Shown here in pieces: positions 13,531 through 27,610 of a DNA stretch of 64,000 bases. Position numbers and translations under genes: made by a program. How positions within the stretch are numbered: position 1 is the first letter of the stretch; each line of letters starts with the position of its first letter. The notes beneath the pieces were generated by a model that was not told the origin of the DNA, searched no databases, and saw nothing but the letters and a program-made list of their open reading frames with translations. Source of the DNA: the human T2T-CHM13v2.0 reference genome, Homo sapiens. Location of the stretch: assembly GCF_009914755.1 (NCBI RefSeq), contig NC_060941.1; one strand, 5' to 3'.

Positions 13531-14387
13531 CCTTGAGGAATCACCACACTGTCTTCCACAATGGTTGGACTAATTTACTCCCACCAACAGCATAAAAGCA
13601 TTCCTATGTCTCCACAGCCTCACTATTGTAACTGGTGTGAAATGGTATCCCATGTGGTTTTGATTTGCATTTCTCTGATGACCAGTGATAATGAGCTTTT
13701 TTCCATATGTTTGTTGGCTGCATAAATGTCTTCTTTTGAGAAGTGTGTGTTCATATCCTTTGCCCACTTTTTGATGGGGTTGCTTTTTTTTTTTCTTGTA
13801 ACTTTAAGTTCCTTGTAGATTCTGGATATTAGCCCTTTGTCAGATGGATAGATTGGAAAAATTTTCTCCCATTCTATAGGTTGCCTGTTCATTCTGATGC
13901 TAGTTTATTTTGCTGTGCAGGAGCTCTTTAGTTTAATTAGACCCTATTTGTCAATTTTGGCTTTTGTTACAATTGCTTTTGATGTTTTAGTCATGAAGTC
14001 TTTGCCCATGCCCATGTCCTGAATATATGCAGCCATAAAAACAAATGAGATCATGTCCTTTGCAGGGACATTGATGAAGCTGGAAGCCATCATTCTCAGC
14101 AAACTAACACAGGAACAGAAAACCAAACACTGCATGTTCTCACTCATAAATGAGTTGAACAATGAGAACACATGGACATAGGGAGGGGAACAACACACAC
14201 TGGGACCTGTTGGGGGGTAGGGGGCAAGGGGAGGGAGAGCATTAGGACAAATACCTAATGCATGTGGGGCTTAAAACCTAGATGACGGGTTGATAGGTGC
14301 AGCTAACCACCATGGCACCTGTTTACCTATGTAACAAACCTGCACGTTCTGCACATGTATCCTGGAACTTAAAATAAAATAAAAAAT
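13531..14387. mobile_element. 5'-inverted L1PA (L1PA7/8-like) 3' end
   Basis: Antisense ORF2 3' region 13531-~14024, then sense ORF2 end and 3'UTR to aacttaaaataaaataaaaaa. Confidence 0.9.
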
Positions 14388-14399
14388 ATGTAATTCACC

Positions 14400-15110
14400 A
14401 ATAAATTCATAGAATATGACATCACAACCAAGTGCATTTCATTTTAGGAAAATAAGGATGGTTCTCTATTAGAGAATAATAAATTCTCTAATTGAATCAT
14501 CATTTTAATTAGTCAAAGGGGGAAAAGTATATTATCAGATAAATTAATGCCTAAAATATATTTGATAAGATAAACATACATTTTTAATAAGAACCTTTTG
14601 GTAAAATAACAGTGGAAGGATAGTTTCTTGCCACTATTTTACACATACACTCCCTAAAACTTATCCAAATGCTTAACCAAGCAATTGTAGACATATGCCC
14701 ATTTTCATGAAGATTGAGTTCAGGAACAGAAATGAGATGCTCATTTTTACTTCCTTTACTTAGCATTGCTCCAGAAACTCCAGACAATGCAATTAGACAA
14801 GAAAATACAATGGTGAGGAGATACTAAGAAAGAAGGAAATAAAATTGCCATTTGAAAATTAGATACCAGGAAAACATAAGAGAATCTACATGGAACCTAT
14901 TAAAAATAATAAGAGAATTTAGACATATCCAGGCTTTCCTTCGTACATATGATAGCTTTTTAGAAGATACATGAATGTTAATCATGTTAATGACTAACAT
15001 TTTTGAAATGCTTCCTATGTGCCAAAGTTCTTGTAAATGCTTTCAGTGTATGAACTCATTTAATACTCTAAACAATCTTACAATGAAAAAAAAAATCCCA
15101 TCTCTTAAAT
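14400..15110 (+). mobile_element. Highly diverged L1M/L1ME ORF2 relic
   Basis: caaccaagtgcatttcattttaggaaaataaggatggtt...tcaggaacagaaatgagatgctc...gcaattagacaagaaaa match the L1 RT region. Confidence 0.6.
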
Positions 15111-15134
15111 AACAAGAAGATAAATGCCCTAAGA

Positions 15135-15355
15135 AGCAGTGTGATGCAGTGTAGGAGAGACTAAGAGCCCCAGCTACCCAGATTGGCTCCTGTGGGACCT
15201 GGAGCAAGTTAACCTATTTGTCTCTCTGTTTCCACATCTGTAAACTGAGAATGTCAGTGTACTTATTTCATCATGTTGCTGTAAAATGAAATGAGTTAAC
15301 ACATGTAAAGTCTAAGAACAAAACACTATACAAGTGTTGGTTACCATTATTGTTA
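15135..15355 (+). mobile_element. MIR
   Basis: gcaagttaacct...tctgtttccacatctgtaaactgagaat...gagttaacacatgtaaag. Confidence 0.6.
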
Positions 15356-15479
15356 AAAATAAACCTAGCAAGAAATGTACTTTGCCTAGATGAAGAAAAA
15401 TTTAGAATTTTACCAAGAGCTATAAAAACTTTGTCCTTCCCTTTTATTCAATACACTTTAAAAAATTTTTATTTATTTC

Positions 15480-16312
15480 TTTCAACCCTTGCCAAGCACT
15501 GATCTTTTTACTGCCCCCATAGTTTTGCCTTTTCCAGAATATTATGTAAGGAGAATCATACAATATATAGTCTTTTTCAGATTGGCTTCTTTTATTTAGT
15601 AATATGCATTTATGGTTCCTCTATGTCTTTTCATGGCTGTATAGCTCATTACCTTTTAGCACTGAATAATATTCCATTGCTTGAAATACCACAGTTTATT
15701 TACCCATTCATCTACTGAAAGACATCTTGATTCTTTCAAGTTTTGTCAATTATGAACAAAACTGCTATCAATTGGTCTTCAGGGCTTTGTGTGAAACTAA
15801 GTTTTCCGTTCATTTAGGTAAGTGACAAAAAGGATTGCTGGTTCATACAGTAAGAGTGTGTGTATAGTTTTGTAGGAACTGCCAAACTGTGTTCCAAAGT
15901 GGCTATGCCATTTTACATTGCCATCAGCAGTGAATGCACATTCCCATTGTCAAGGTTCTGGATTTGGGCCATTCTAAGAGATGTGTTGTGGTATCTCATT
16001 GCTTTTTTAATTTGCATTTTTCTACTGACATACGCTGTGGAACATCTTTCCTTTTGCTTATTTGCCATATATCTTTTTTGTGAGGTGTCTGTTCAAATCT
16101 TTTGCCCGTTTTAAAAATTGTATTGTTGATTTTCTTATTTTGTTGTGTACTTTTCAAAACTCTGACATTTTGTATGAGCTCTATATTAGATGTCTTTTGC
16201 AAATATTCTCTCACAGTCTGTGTCTTGTCTTTTCATTCTCTTGATAGTATCTTTCACAGAGCCAAAATTATTAATCATAATGAACTCCAGTTTACCAATT
16301 CTTTTTTTCACG
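15480..16312 (-). mobile_element. L1MC/MD 3' region
   Basis: cactgatctttttactg...catagttttgccttttccagaat...; same family signature as 34105-36105. Confidence 0.8.
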
Positions 16313-16315
16313 GAT

Positions 16316-16512
16316 GGTCTGAAGTTGCTGGGGAGGGAGTCTGATGGACTAAGCCTTTAACCTGTGAGGTCTGCATTAACTCCAGGTAGTCAGTGTCATA
16401 AATGAATTGTAAAACACACAGTTGGTGTCTGGAGAGATGGTGGATTGCTTACTGTGAGGAAAAATATCCACACATTTGGTGTCAGAAGTGTTGTGAGATT
16501 AGAGAAGCAGTC
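16316..16512 (+). mobile_element. MER21-like LTR fragment
   Basis: aactccaggtagtcagtgtc...gaattgtaaaacacacagttggtgtc...cacacatttggtgtcagaagtg. Confidence 0.6.
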
Positions 16513-16524
16513 TTTTCCCCCTTT

Positions 16525-19363
16525 TTAATTCCTAAATATATTTTCCTTTTTGATACTACTTTAAATGGAATTGCTTTCTTTATTTCCTTTTCTGATAGCA
16601 AATTATTAGTGTAAAAAATGCAACTGCTTTTTGTATGTTGATTTTGTATCTTGCTACCTTATTGAACTCATTTTTCAGTTATTAAAGATTTTTGGTAGAA
16701 TCTTGAGGGTTTTCTATACAAAAAACTAGGTCATCTACAAACAGATAATTTTAATTATTTCCAATTTGGATGCCTTTTATTTTATTTTTTTCTTGCCTAA
16801 ATGCTCTGGCTGGGACTTACAATGAAGTAAGGAGAGTGGGCATACTTGCTTTGTTCCTAATCTTAGCAGAACAAAGCAAAAAAACCCCTGATCTTCAGTT
16901 TTTCACCGTTAAGTATTATGTTTGCTGTAGGCTTCTCATATATGACCTTTATTATGTTGAGGTACATTCCCTCTATACTTAGTTTCTTGAGCATTGTTTT
17001 TATGAAATGATGCTGAATGTTGTCAAATGTTTTTTCTGCATCTACTGAGATGATTCTATGATTTTTTTTTACCTTCATTCTGTTAATATGGTGTATTACT
17101 TTAATCGAGTTGTGTATGTTGAACCATACTTGCATTCTAAGGATAAATCCCACTTGATCATGATATATGATTCTTTTAATGTGTTGTTGAGTTTGGTTTG
17201 CTAGCATTTTATTGAGGATTTTTGCACCTATTTTTTCAGGTATATTGGCCTGTAACTTCTTTTTTCCTGCGGAGTCTTTATTTGGCTTTTGTATGAGGAT
17301 AATTCTGGCCTCATTAAATGAGTTTGGGAGTGTTTCCTCCTCTTTAGTTTTTGGAACAGATTGAGGAGTGGTACTAATTCTTCTTTAGCTGTTTGGTAGA
17401 ATTCATCAGTGAAGCCATCTGGTCCTGTATTTTTCATTGTTGGGAGATTTTTGGTGATTGATTTAGTCTCTTTGCTACATACAGGTCTGTTCGGTCTTTT
17501 TATTTCTTTGTAATTCAGTCTTGCTAGGTTGTATATTTCTGGGAATTTACTAATTTCTTCTAGGTTTTGCAATTTGTTGGTGTATAAATGTTCAAAATAA
17601 TCTCTTATAATCCTTTTTATCTTTGTGGAATTAGTTTTAATGTCTCTTATTTCTGATTTCTTTATTAAATCTCTCTTCTTGGTCTAGTTAAAAGTTTGCC
17701 AACTTAGTTTATCTTTTCAAAAAGTTAACTCAGTCTAGTTAAAGGTTTGCCAACTTAGTTTCTTTTCAAAAACTTAATTCAGTATTTTTTATTTTTCTAT
17801 TGTTTTACTAATCTCTATTTTGTTTATTTCTGCTATTTATTTATTACTATATTTATTGTTTTCTTCCTTTTGCTAACTTCAGGCTTAGTGGTTGTTTTTT
17901 TTTTTTTTTCTAGTTCCTTGTGGTAAAAAGTTAGGCTGTTTATTTTAGATCTTTCTTCTTTTTTAATATGGGAATTTATCCCTATAAATTTCTCACTTAG
18001 TAATGTTTTTGAAGGAGCCCATCAATTTTGGGATATTGTATTTTCAGTTTTATTTTTAAAAGATATTTTCTAATTTCCTTTTTGATTTCCTCTTTGATCC
18101 ATTGGTTGCTTGAAAGTATGTTGCCTGATTTCCACATCTGTACATTTTCTCACTTTCATTCACATGATTTCTAGAAACTAGAAAGAAATCAATAATTTCT
18201 AGTTGGATTCCATTTTAGTCAGAAAAGATACTTGACCGGATTTTAGTCTTTTAAAATGTGTTAAGACCTGTTTTGTAATCTAAAATGTGCTCTATCCTGG
18301 AGAGGGTTTCATGTGCACTTAAGAAGTGCTGCTGCTGGTGGGTGGAATATTCTGTATGTCTGTTAGGTCCGTTTGGTCTGTAGTGTTGTTCCAGTCCACT
18401 GTTTTTTAGTTGATTTTCTGTCTGGTTGATTTGTTCATTATTGAAAATGGAATATCGAAATCTCCAACTATTACTATATTGCTATCTATTTCTCCCTTCA
18501 GTTCTATCAATATTTGCTTTATATATTTACATACTTTCATATTGGGTAAATATATATTTATAATTGTAAATGTTCCTGTTGAACTGATGATTCTTCATTA
18601 TATAAAGTCCCTCTGTATCTTTTGTGACAGTTTTTGACTTAGAGTCTATTTTGGCTGGTATAAGTATAGCCACACTGCTCTCTTTTGGGTTCTGTTTGAA
18701 TGGAATATCTTTTTCCACCTCTTCACTTTCAGCCTATGTGTGTCCTTAAATAGAAGGTAAGTTTCTTGTAAACAAACTATAGATGGATTTTGTTTTATTA
18801 TCCATTCAGCCACTCTATGTCTTTTGGTTGGGGGACTTTATTCATTTACATTTAAAATAATTAGTGACAGGAAAGGATTTACAGTTGTCATTTTGATAAT
18901 TGCTCTTTGTCTATCTTGTTCTTTTGTTCCTCTTTGCATCTGTTGCAGTCTTCCTGTGTGTTTTATTCTTTATTTCTTTTGTGTAACTCTCATAGGTATT
19001 TTTGCTTTTTTGGTAACTTACAGTTATAACAGGGTATTTTAAGCTGATAACAACTTTAATTGTGTACCAAAACTCTACACTTTTACCTCTCATCCCTCAA
19101 CACTTTGCATTATTGATATTATAATTTACATCTATTTGTATTGTGTATCCATTAATATATGTTTTATTTATAGTTATCTTAATGCTTTTAGTTTTAATTT
19201 TTATATCAGAATTAAGTTACCCACCACCATTACAATAATATAGTATTCTGTATTTGTTTATGAATTTACCTTTCTCATCAGATTTTAGATGTTCTTAAGC
19301 TATTGTGTTGCTTTTTAGTGTCCTTCCTTTTTAACTTGAGGAACTCCCTTTAACATTTCTTCT
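16525..19363 (-). mobile_element. Old L1M element, ORF2 part (host of the young L1)
   Basis: ORF2 remnants 16863-17207 (HDQVGFI...[10 protein letters not shown]), 17228-17572 (GPDGFTDEFYQT) and 18527-18718 (EN region); 51-bp internal tandem duplication. Confidence 0.9.
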
Positions 19364-19653
19364 TTTTTTTTTTTTTTTTTTTTTCACTGTGTTAACCAGG
19401 ATGGTCTTGATCTCCTGATCTTTTTTTTTTTTTTAATTTTTATTTTTTATTATACTTTAAGTTTTAGGGTACATGTGCACATTGTGCAGGTTAGTTACAT
19501 ATGTATACATGTGCCATGCTGGTGCACTGCACACACTAACTCGTCATCTAGCATTAGGTATATCTCCCAATGCTATCCCTCCCCCCTCCCCCCACCCCAC
19601 CACAGTCCCCAGAGTGTGATATTCCCCTTCCTGTGTCCATGTGATCTCATTGT

Positions 19654-23496
<3,843 letters not shown>

Positions 23497-23544
23497 TTAT
23501 TTTGCTCGTTAGTTGATGCAGTTTCTTCCTAGTCTCGATTGTCT

Positions 23545-24561
23545 TTACATTTTGGCATGATTTTGCAGCAGCTGGTACCGGTTGTTCCTTTCCATGTTTG
23601 GCGCTTCCTTCAGGAGCTCTTTTAGGGCAGGCCTGGTGGTGACAAAATCTCTCAGCATTTGCTTGTCTGTAAAGTATTTTATTTCTCCTTCACTTATGAA
23701 GCTTAGTTTGGCTGGATATGAAATTCTGGGTTGAAAATTCTTTTCTTTAAGAATGTTGAATATTGGCCCCCACTCTCTTCTGGCTTGTAGGGTTTCTGCC
23801 GAGAGATCTGCTGTTAGTCTGATGGGCTTCTCTTTGAGGGTAACCCGACCTTTCTCTCTGGCTGCCCTTAACATTTTTTCCTTCATTTCAACTTTGGTGA
23901 ATCTGACAATTATGTGTCTTGGAGTTGCTCTTCTCGAGGAGTATCTTTGTGGCGTTCTCTGTATTTCCTGAATCTGAACGTTGGCCTGCCTTGCTAGGTT
24001 GGGGAAGTTCTCCTGGATAATATCCTGCAGAGTGTTTTCCAACTTGGTTCCATTCTCCGCATCACTTTCAGGTACACCAATCAGACGTAAATTTGGTCTT
24101 TTCACGTAGTCCCATATATCTTGGAGGCTTTGCTCATTTCTTTTTATTCTTTTTTCTCTAAACTTCCCTTCTCGCTTCATTTCATTCATTTCATCTTCCA
24201 TTGCTGATACCCTTTCTTCCAGTTGATCGCATCGGCTCCTGAGGCTTCTGCATTCTTCACGTAGTTCTCGAGCCTTGGTTTTCAGCTCCATCAGCTCCTT
24301 TAAGCACTTCTCTGTATTGGTTATTCTAGTTATACATTCTTCTAAATTTTTTTCAAAGTTTTCAACTTCTTTGCCTTTGGTTTGAATGTCCTCCCGTAGC
24401 TCAGAGTAATTTGATCGTCTGAAGCCTTTTTCTCTCAGCTCGTCAAAATCATTCTCCATCCAGCTTTGTTCCGTTGCTGGTGAGGAGCTGTGTTCCTTTG
24501 GAGGAGGAGAGGCGCTCTGCGTTTTACAGTTTCCAGTTTTTCTGTTCTGTTTTTTCCCCAT
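23545..24561 (-). CDS. L1 ORF1: L1 ORF1p RNA-binding protein, 338 aa, intact
   Basis: MGKKQNRKTG...LQNHAKM; REKG, ARR and YPAKLS motifs present. Confidence 0.95.
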   Translation of the reverse strand: MGKKQNRKTGNCKTQSASPPPKEHSSSPATEQSWMENDFDELREKGFRRSNYSELREDIQTKGKEVENFEKNLEECITRITNTEKCLKELMELKTKARELREECRSLRSRCDQLEERVSAMEDEMNEMKREGKFREKRIKRNEQSLQDIWDYVKRPNLRLIGVPESDAENGTKLENTLQDIIQENFPNLARQANVQIQEIQRTPQRYSSRRATPRHIIVRFTKVEMKEKMLRAAREKGRVTLKEKPIRLTADLSAETLQARREWGPIFNILKEKNFQPRISYPAKLSFISEGEIKYFTDKQMLRDFVTTRPALKELLKEAPNMERNNRYQLLQNHAKM

Positions 24562-25465
24562 CTTTGTGGTTTTATCTACTTTTGGTCTTTGATGATGGTG
24601 ATGTACAGATGGGTTTTCGGTGTGGATGTCCTTTCTGTTTGTTATTTTTCCTTCTAACAGACAGGACCCTCAGCTGCAGGTCTGTTGGAATACCCTGCCG
24701 TGTGAGGTGTCAGTGTGCCCCTGCTGGGGGGTGCCTCCCAGTTAGGCTGCTCGGGGGTCAGGGGTCAGGGACCCACTTGAGGAGGCAGTCTGCCCGTTCT
24801 CAGATCTCCAGCTGCATGCTGGGAGAACCACTGCTCTCTTCAAAGCTGTCAGACAGGGACATTTAGGTCTGCAGAGGTTACTGCTATCTTTTTGTTTGTC
24901 TGTGCCCTGCCCCCAGAGGTGGAGCCTACAGAGGCAGGCAGGCCTCCTTGAGCTGTGGTGGGCTCCACCCAGTTCGAGCTTCCTGGCTGCTTTGTTTACC
25001 TAAGCAAGCCTGGGCAATGGGGGGCGCCCCTCCCCCAGCCTCGCTGCTGCCTTGCAGTTTGATCTCAGACTGCTGTGCTAGCAATCAGCGAGATTCCGTG
25101 GGCGTAGGACCCTCTGAGCCAGGTGTGGGATATAGTCTCGTGGTGCGCCGTTTTTTAAGCCGGTCTGAAAAGCGCAATATTCGGGTGGGAGTGACCCGAT
25201 TTTCCAGGTGCGTCCGTCACCCCTTTCTTTGACTCGGAAAGGGAACTCCCTGACCCCTTGCGCTTCCCAGGTGAGGCAATGCCTCGCCCTGCTTCGGCTC
25301 GCGCACGGTGCGCGCACCCACTGGCCTGCGCCCACTGTCTGGCACTCCCTAGTGAGATGAACCCGGTACCTCAGATGGAAATGCAGAAATCACCCGTCTT
25401 CTGTGTCGCTCACGCTGGGAGCTGTAGACCGGAGCTGTTCCTATTCGGCCATCTTGGCTCCTCCC
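24562..25465 (-). promoter_or_regulatory. L1 5'UTR: internal sense promoter, antisense promoter, CpG-rich segment, YY1 site
   Basis: YY1 site (plus-strand ggccatcttg, 25447-25456) intact; the only CpG-dense stretch of the window (~25020-25465). Confidence 0.85.
25017..25232 (+). CDS. L1 ORF0: L1 antisense ORF0, 71 aa, intact
   Basis: MGGAPPPASLLPCSLISDCC...RCVRHPFL*; splice donors after 25122 (CAG|GTGTGG, nt 106) and after 25207 (CAG|GTGCGT, nt 191). Confidence 0.85.
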   Translation: MGGAPPPASLLPCSLISDCCASNQRDSVGVGPSEPGVGYSLVVRRFLSRSEKRNIRVGVTRFSRCVRHPFL

Positions 25466-25483
25466 GATCCTAGCATTTCTTCT

Positions 25484-27345
25484 AAGGCAGGTCTTGTGGT
25501 GATGTACTCCCTCTGCTTTTGGTTCTCTTGGAAAGCCTATCTATCCTTCATTTTTGAAGAACAGTTTTGCCAGGTATAGTATTATTGATTGGCATTTTTC
25601 CCCCGGCACTTCAAATAATTATCTCATTGCCTTCTAGCCTGCAAGGTTTCTGCTAAAAAATATGCACATAGTCATGTGGGCATTCCCTTGTACTTAACAG
25701 GTCCCTTCTGTCTTGCTGCCTTCAAAATTCAAATTTTTGAGTTTTGACAATTTGATTATAATGTTTCAGTGTGGATTTCTTTGGGTTCAATTTTTGGGGG
25801 TATTTTGGACTTCAAGGGTCTGCATGTTCATTCTCTTCCCAAGATTAGGAAAGTTTCAGTCATTATTTATTTGAGCAAACTTTTTAGTCTCTCTCTCTTT
25901 CTCTCTCTCTCTCTCTCAAACTTATATTAATCTGTTTGACGATGTCCCATACGTTTCAGACTTCCTTTATTCTCTTTATCTTTTCATTTTTCTCCTCTGA
26001 CTGAATAATTCCCAATGACCTGTTTTCAACTTTGCTGATCTTTTCTTCCATTCAGTCTAATCCAGTGTTGAATTCCTCCAGTGAATTTTTTAGTTCAGTT
26101 ATTGTATTCTTCAGCCCCATGATTTCTGATTGGTACTTTTTAAAGTTTTTTATCTCTTTTTAAAAATTCTCATTTGGTTCACATATTGCTCTCCTGACCT
26201 TGGTGAGCATCTTTAGGATGGTTACTTTGAATTTTCTGTCAAAAAAATCCATATATCTCTATGTTATGAGGGTCAGTTTCTGAAGTTATCTTGTTTGTTT
26301 GTTTGAAGAATATTTCTATGTTTCTTCATTTTCCTTAATACTCTGTGTTGGTGTCTGCACATTAGACAAAACAGCAACCTCTCCTACTCTTCACAAACTA
26401 ACCTTGTCCTCGAGAAGACTACCAATCAGCCTGATCAGAGATTCTGGAGATCTCGCAAACCTTTTTGCTAGTCCCTCCTACTTTCTTTCTTCTTAGTGGC
26501 CCTCAGACTTCTAGAATATACCAAATCTAATTAGTGTTCTGAAACAAGCCAATTCCTCAAGCAGGCCCCACATAGTTGGGTATTTAGATGCACAGTGTAC
26601 CTCTTTTCCTCCCCAAGTAGAAGCTAGGAGCTGAGATTTTTATCTGCTCATTCTGTGCTAAGCTGGAGGGAGTGGCTATGGCACCTGCCAGCCTCAATCA
26701 TGATCTCTGCTCTTCTTAATTTTGGGTGGCTAGAGCATGCCATGTCCTGTCAGCACTCTAACACAGGCTAGACAGAAATGGTTATCTGGCTAGCCCTCAG
26801 GAAAGCCATGTTGTTAAACATGGGGTGCCTCTCTTTCCCTTCCCAGGGAGAAGGCGGGAACTGGAACTCTTTTACTCCTAACTCTGTGCTGAGCTAGGGA
26901 GAGTGACTTTGGTAACTGCCAGCCCAAAACATGATCTTTGCTCTTACTGGCCTTGGGCAGATAGACTATCCCATGTCCTGTGTCTCCTCAGTGCCCTGAA
27001 GCAGGCTAGACAGAAGCCAGTCTTCTGGATAGTCCCCTAAAAGTTGGGGTGTTGGATGTGTAATACACCATTTTCCTGTACCAGGGAGAAGCTGAGACCT
27101 GGAAGGCTTTGTCCCAAATGTATGCCATTTTGCTGAGGGGAAGAATTGTGGCAAGAAGATATCTCACATTTTTCTGTCAACTTCAGCATAGCTGGGATTG
27201 TACTCACCAAGGGTGCAGGAGCTTTTAACTAGTTTCTGGATTCCTCAAAAAGGGAATCTGTCTGTGAATTGTTATTGCATTAGTGTATTCATGGGGGGTG
27301 GCGAGGAGGATCCAGGGCTTCTTATTCTGCAATCTTGCTCATGGT
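25484..27345 (-). mobile_element. Continuation of the old L1M host (ORF1 and 5' region)
   Basis: Removing the young L1 restores gaactccctttagcatttcttctaaggcaggtct...gtgatgtactccctc, a typical L1M ORF1 end; the far boundary is approximate. Confidence 0.75.
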
Positions 27346-27349
27346 ATTA

Positions 27350-27610
27350 TATTTTAGGTTTCAGATTCCACTTTTTCATTGCTGGTATTTAGAAAAGTGC
27401 TTGTATTTTGTAATTAATCTTGATCCTGCAAATTTACTATAATTGTTTATTAGTTCCAAGAGGTCTTTTGTCAGCTTTTTTGGATTTTCTGCAAAGATAA
27501 TCATGTCATTAGCGAACAAAATGTTGTACATCTTCATTTTCAATATATATACCTTCTAATTTCCTTTTCTTGTCTCATTGCTTTAATGCTTTCCTTTTAT
27601 TTCCTTTTAT
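27350..27610 (-). mobile_element. Old L1 ORF2 fragment
   Basis: ttgctggtatttagaaaag...ggattttctgcaaagataatcatgtcattagcgaac. Confidence 0.6.
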
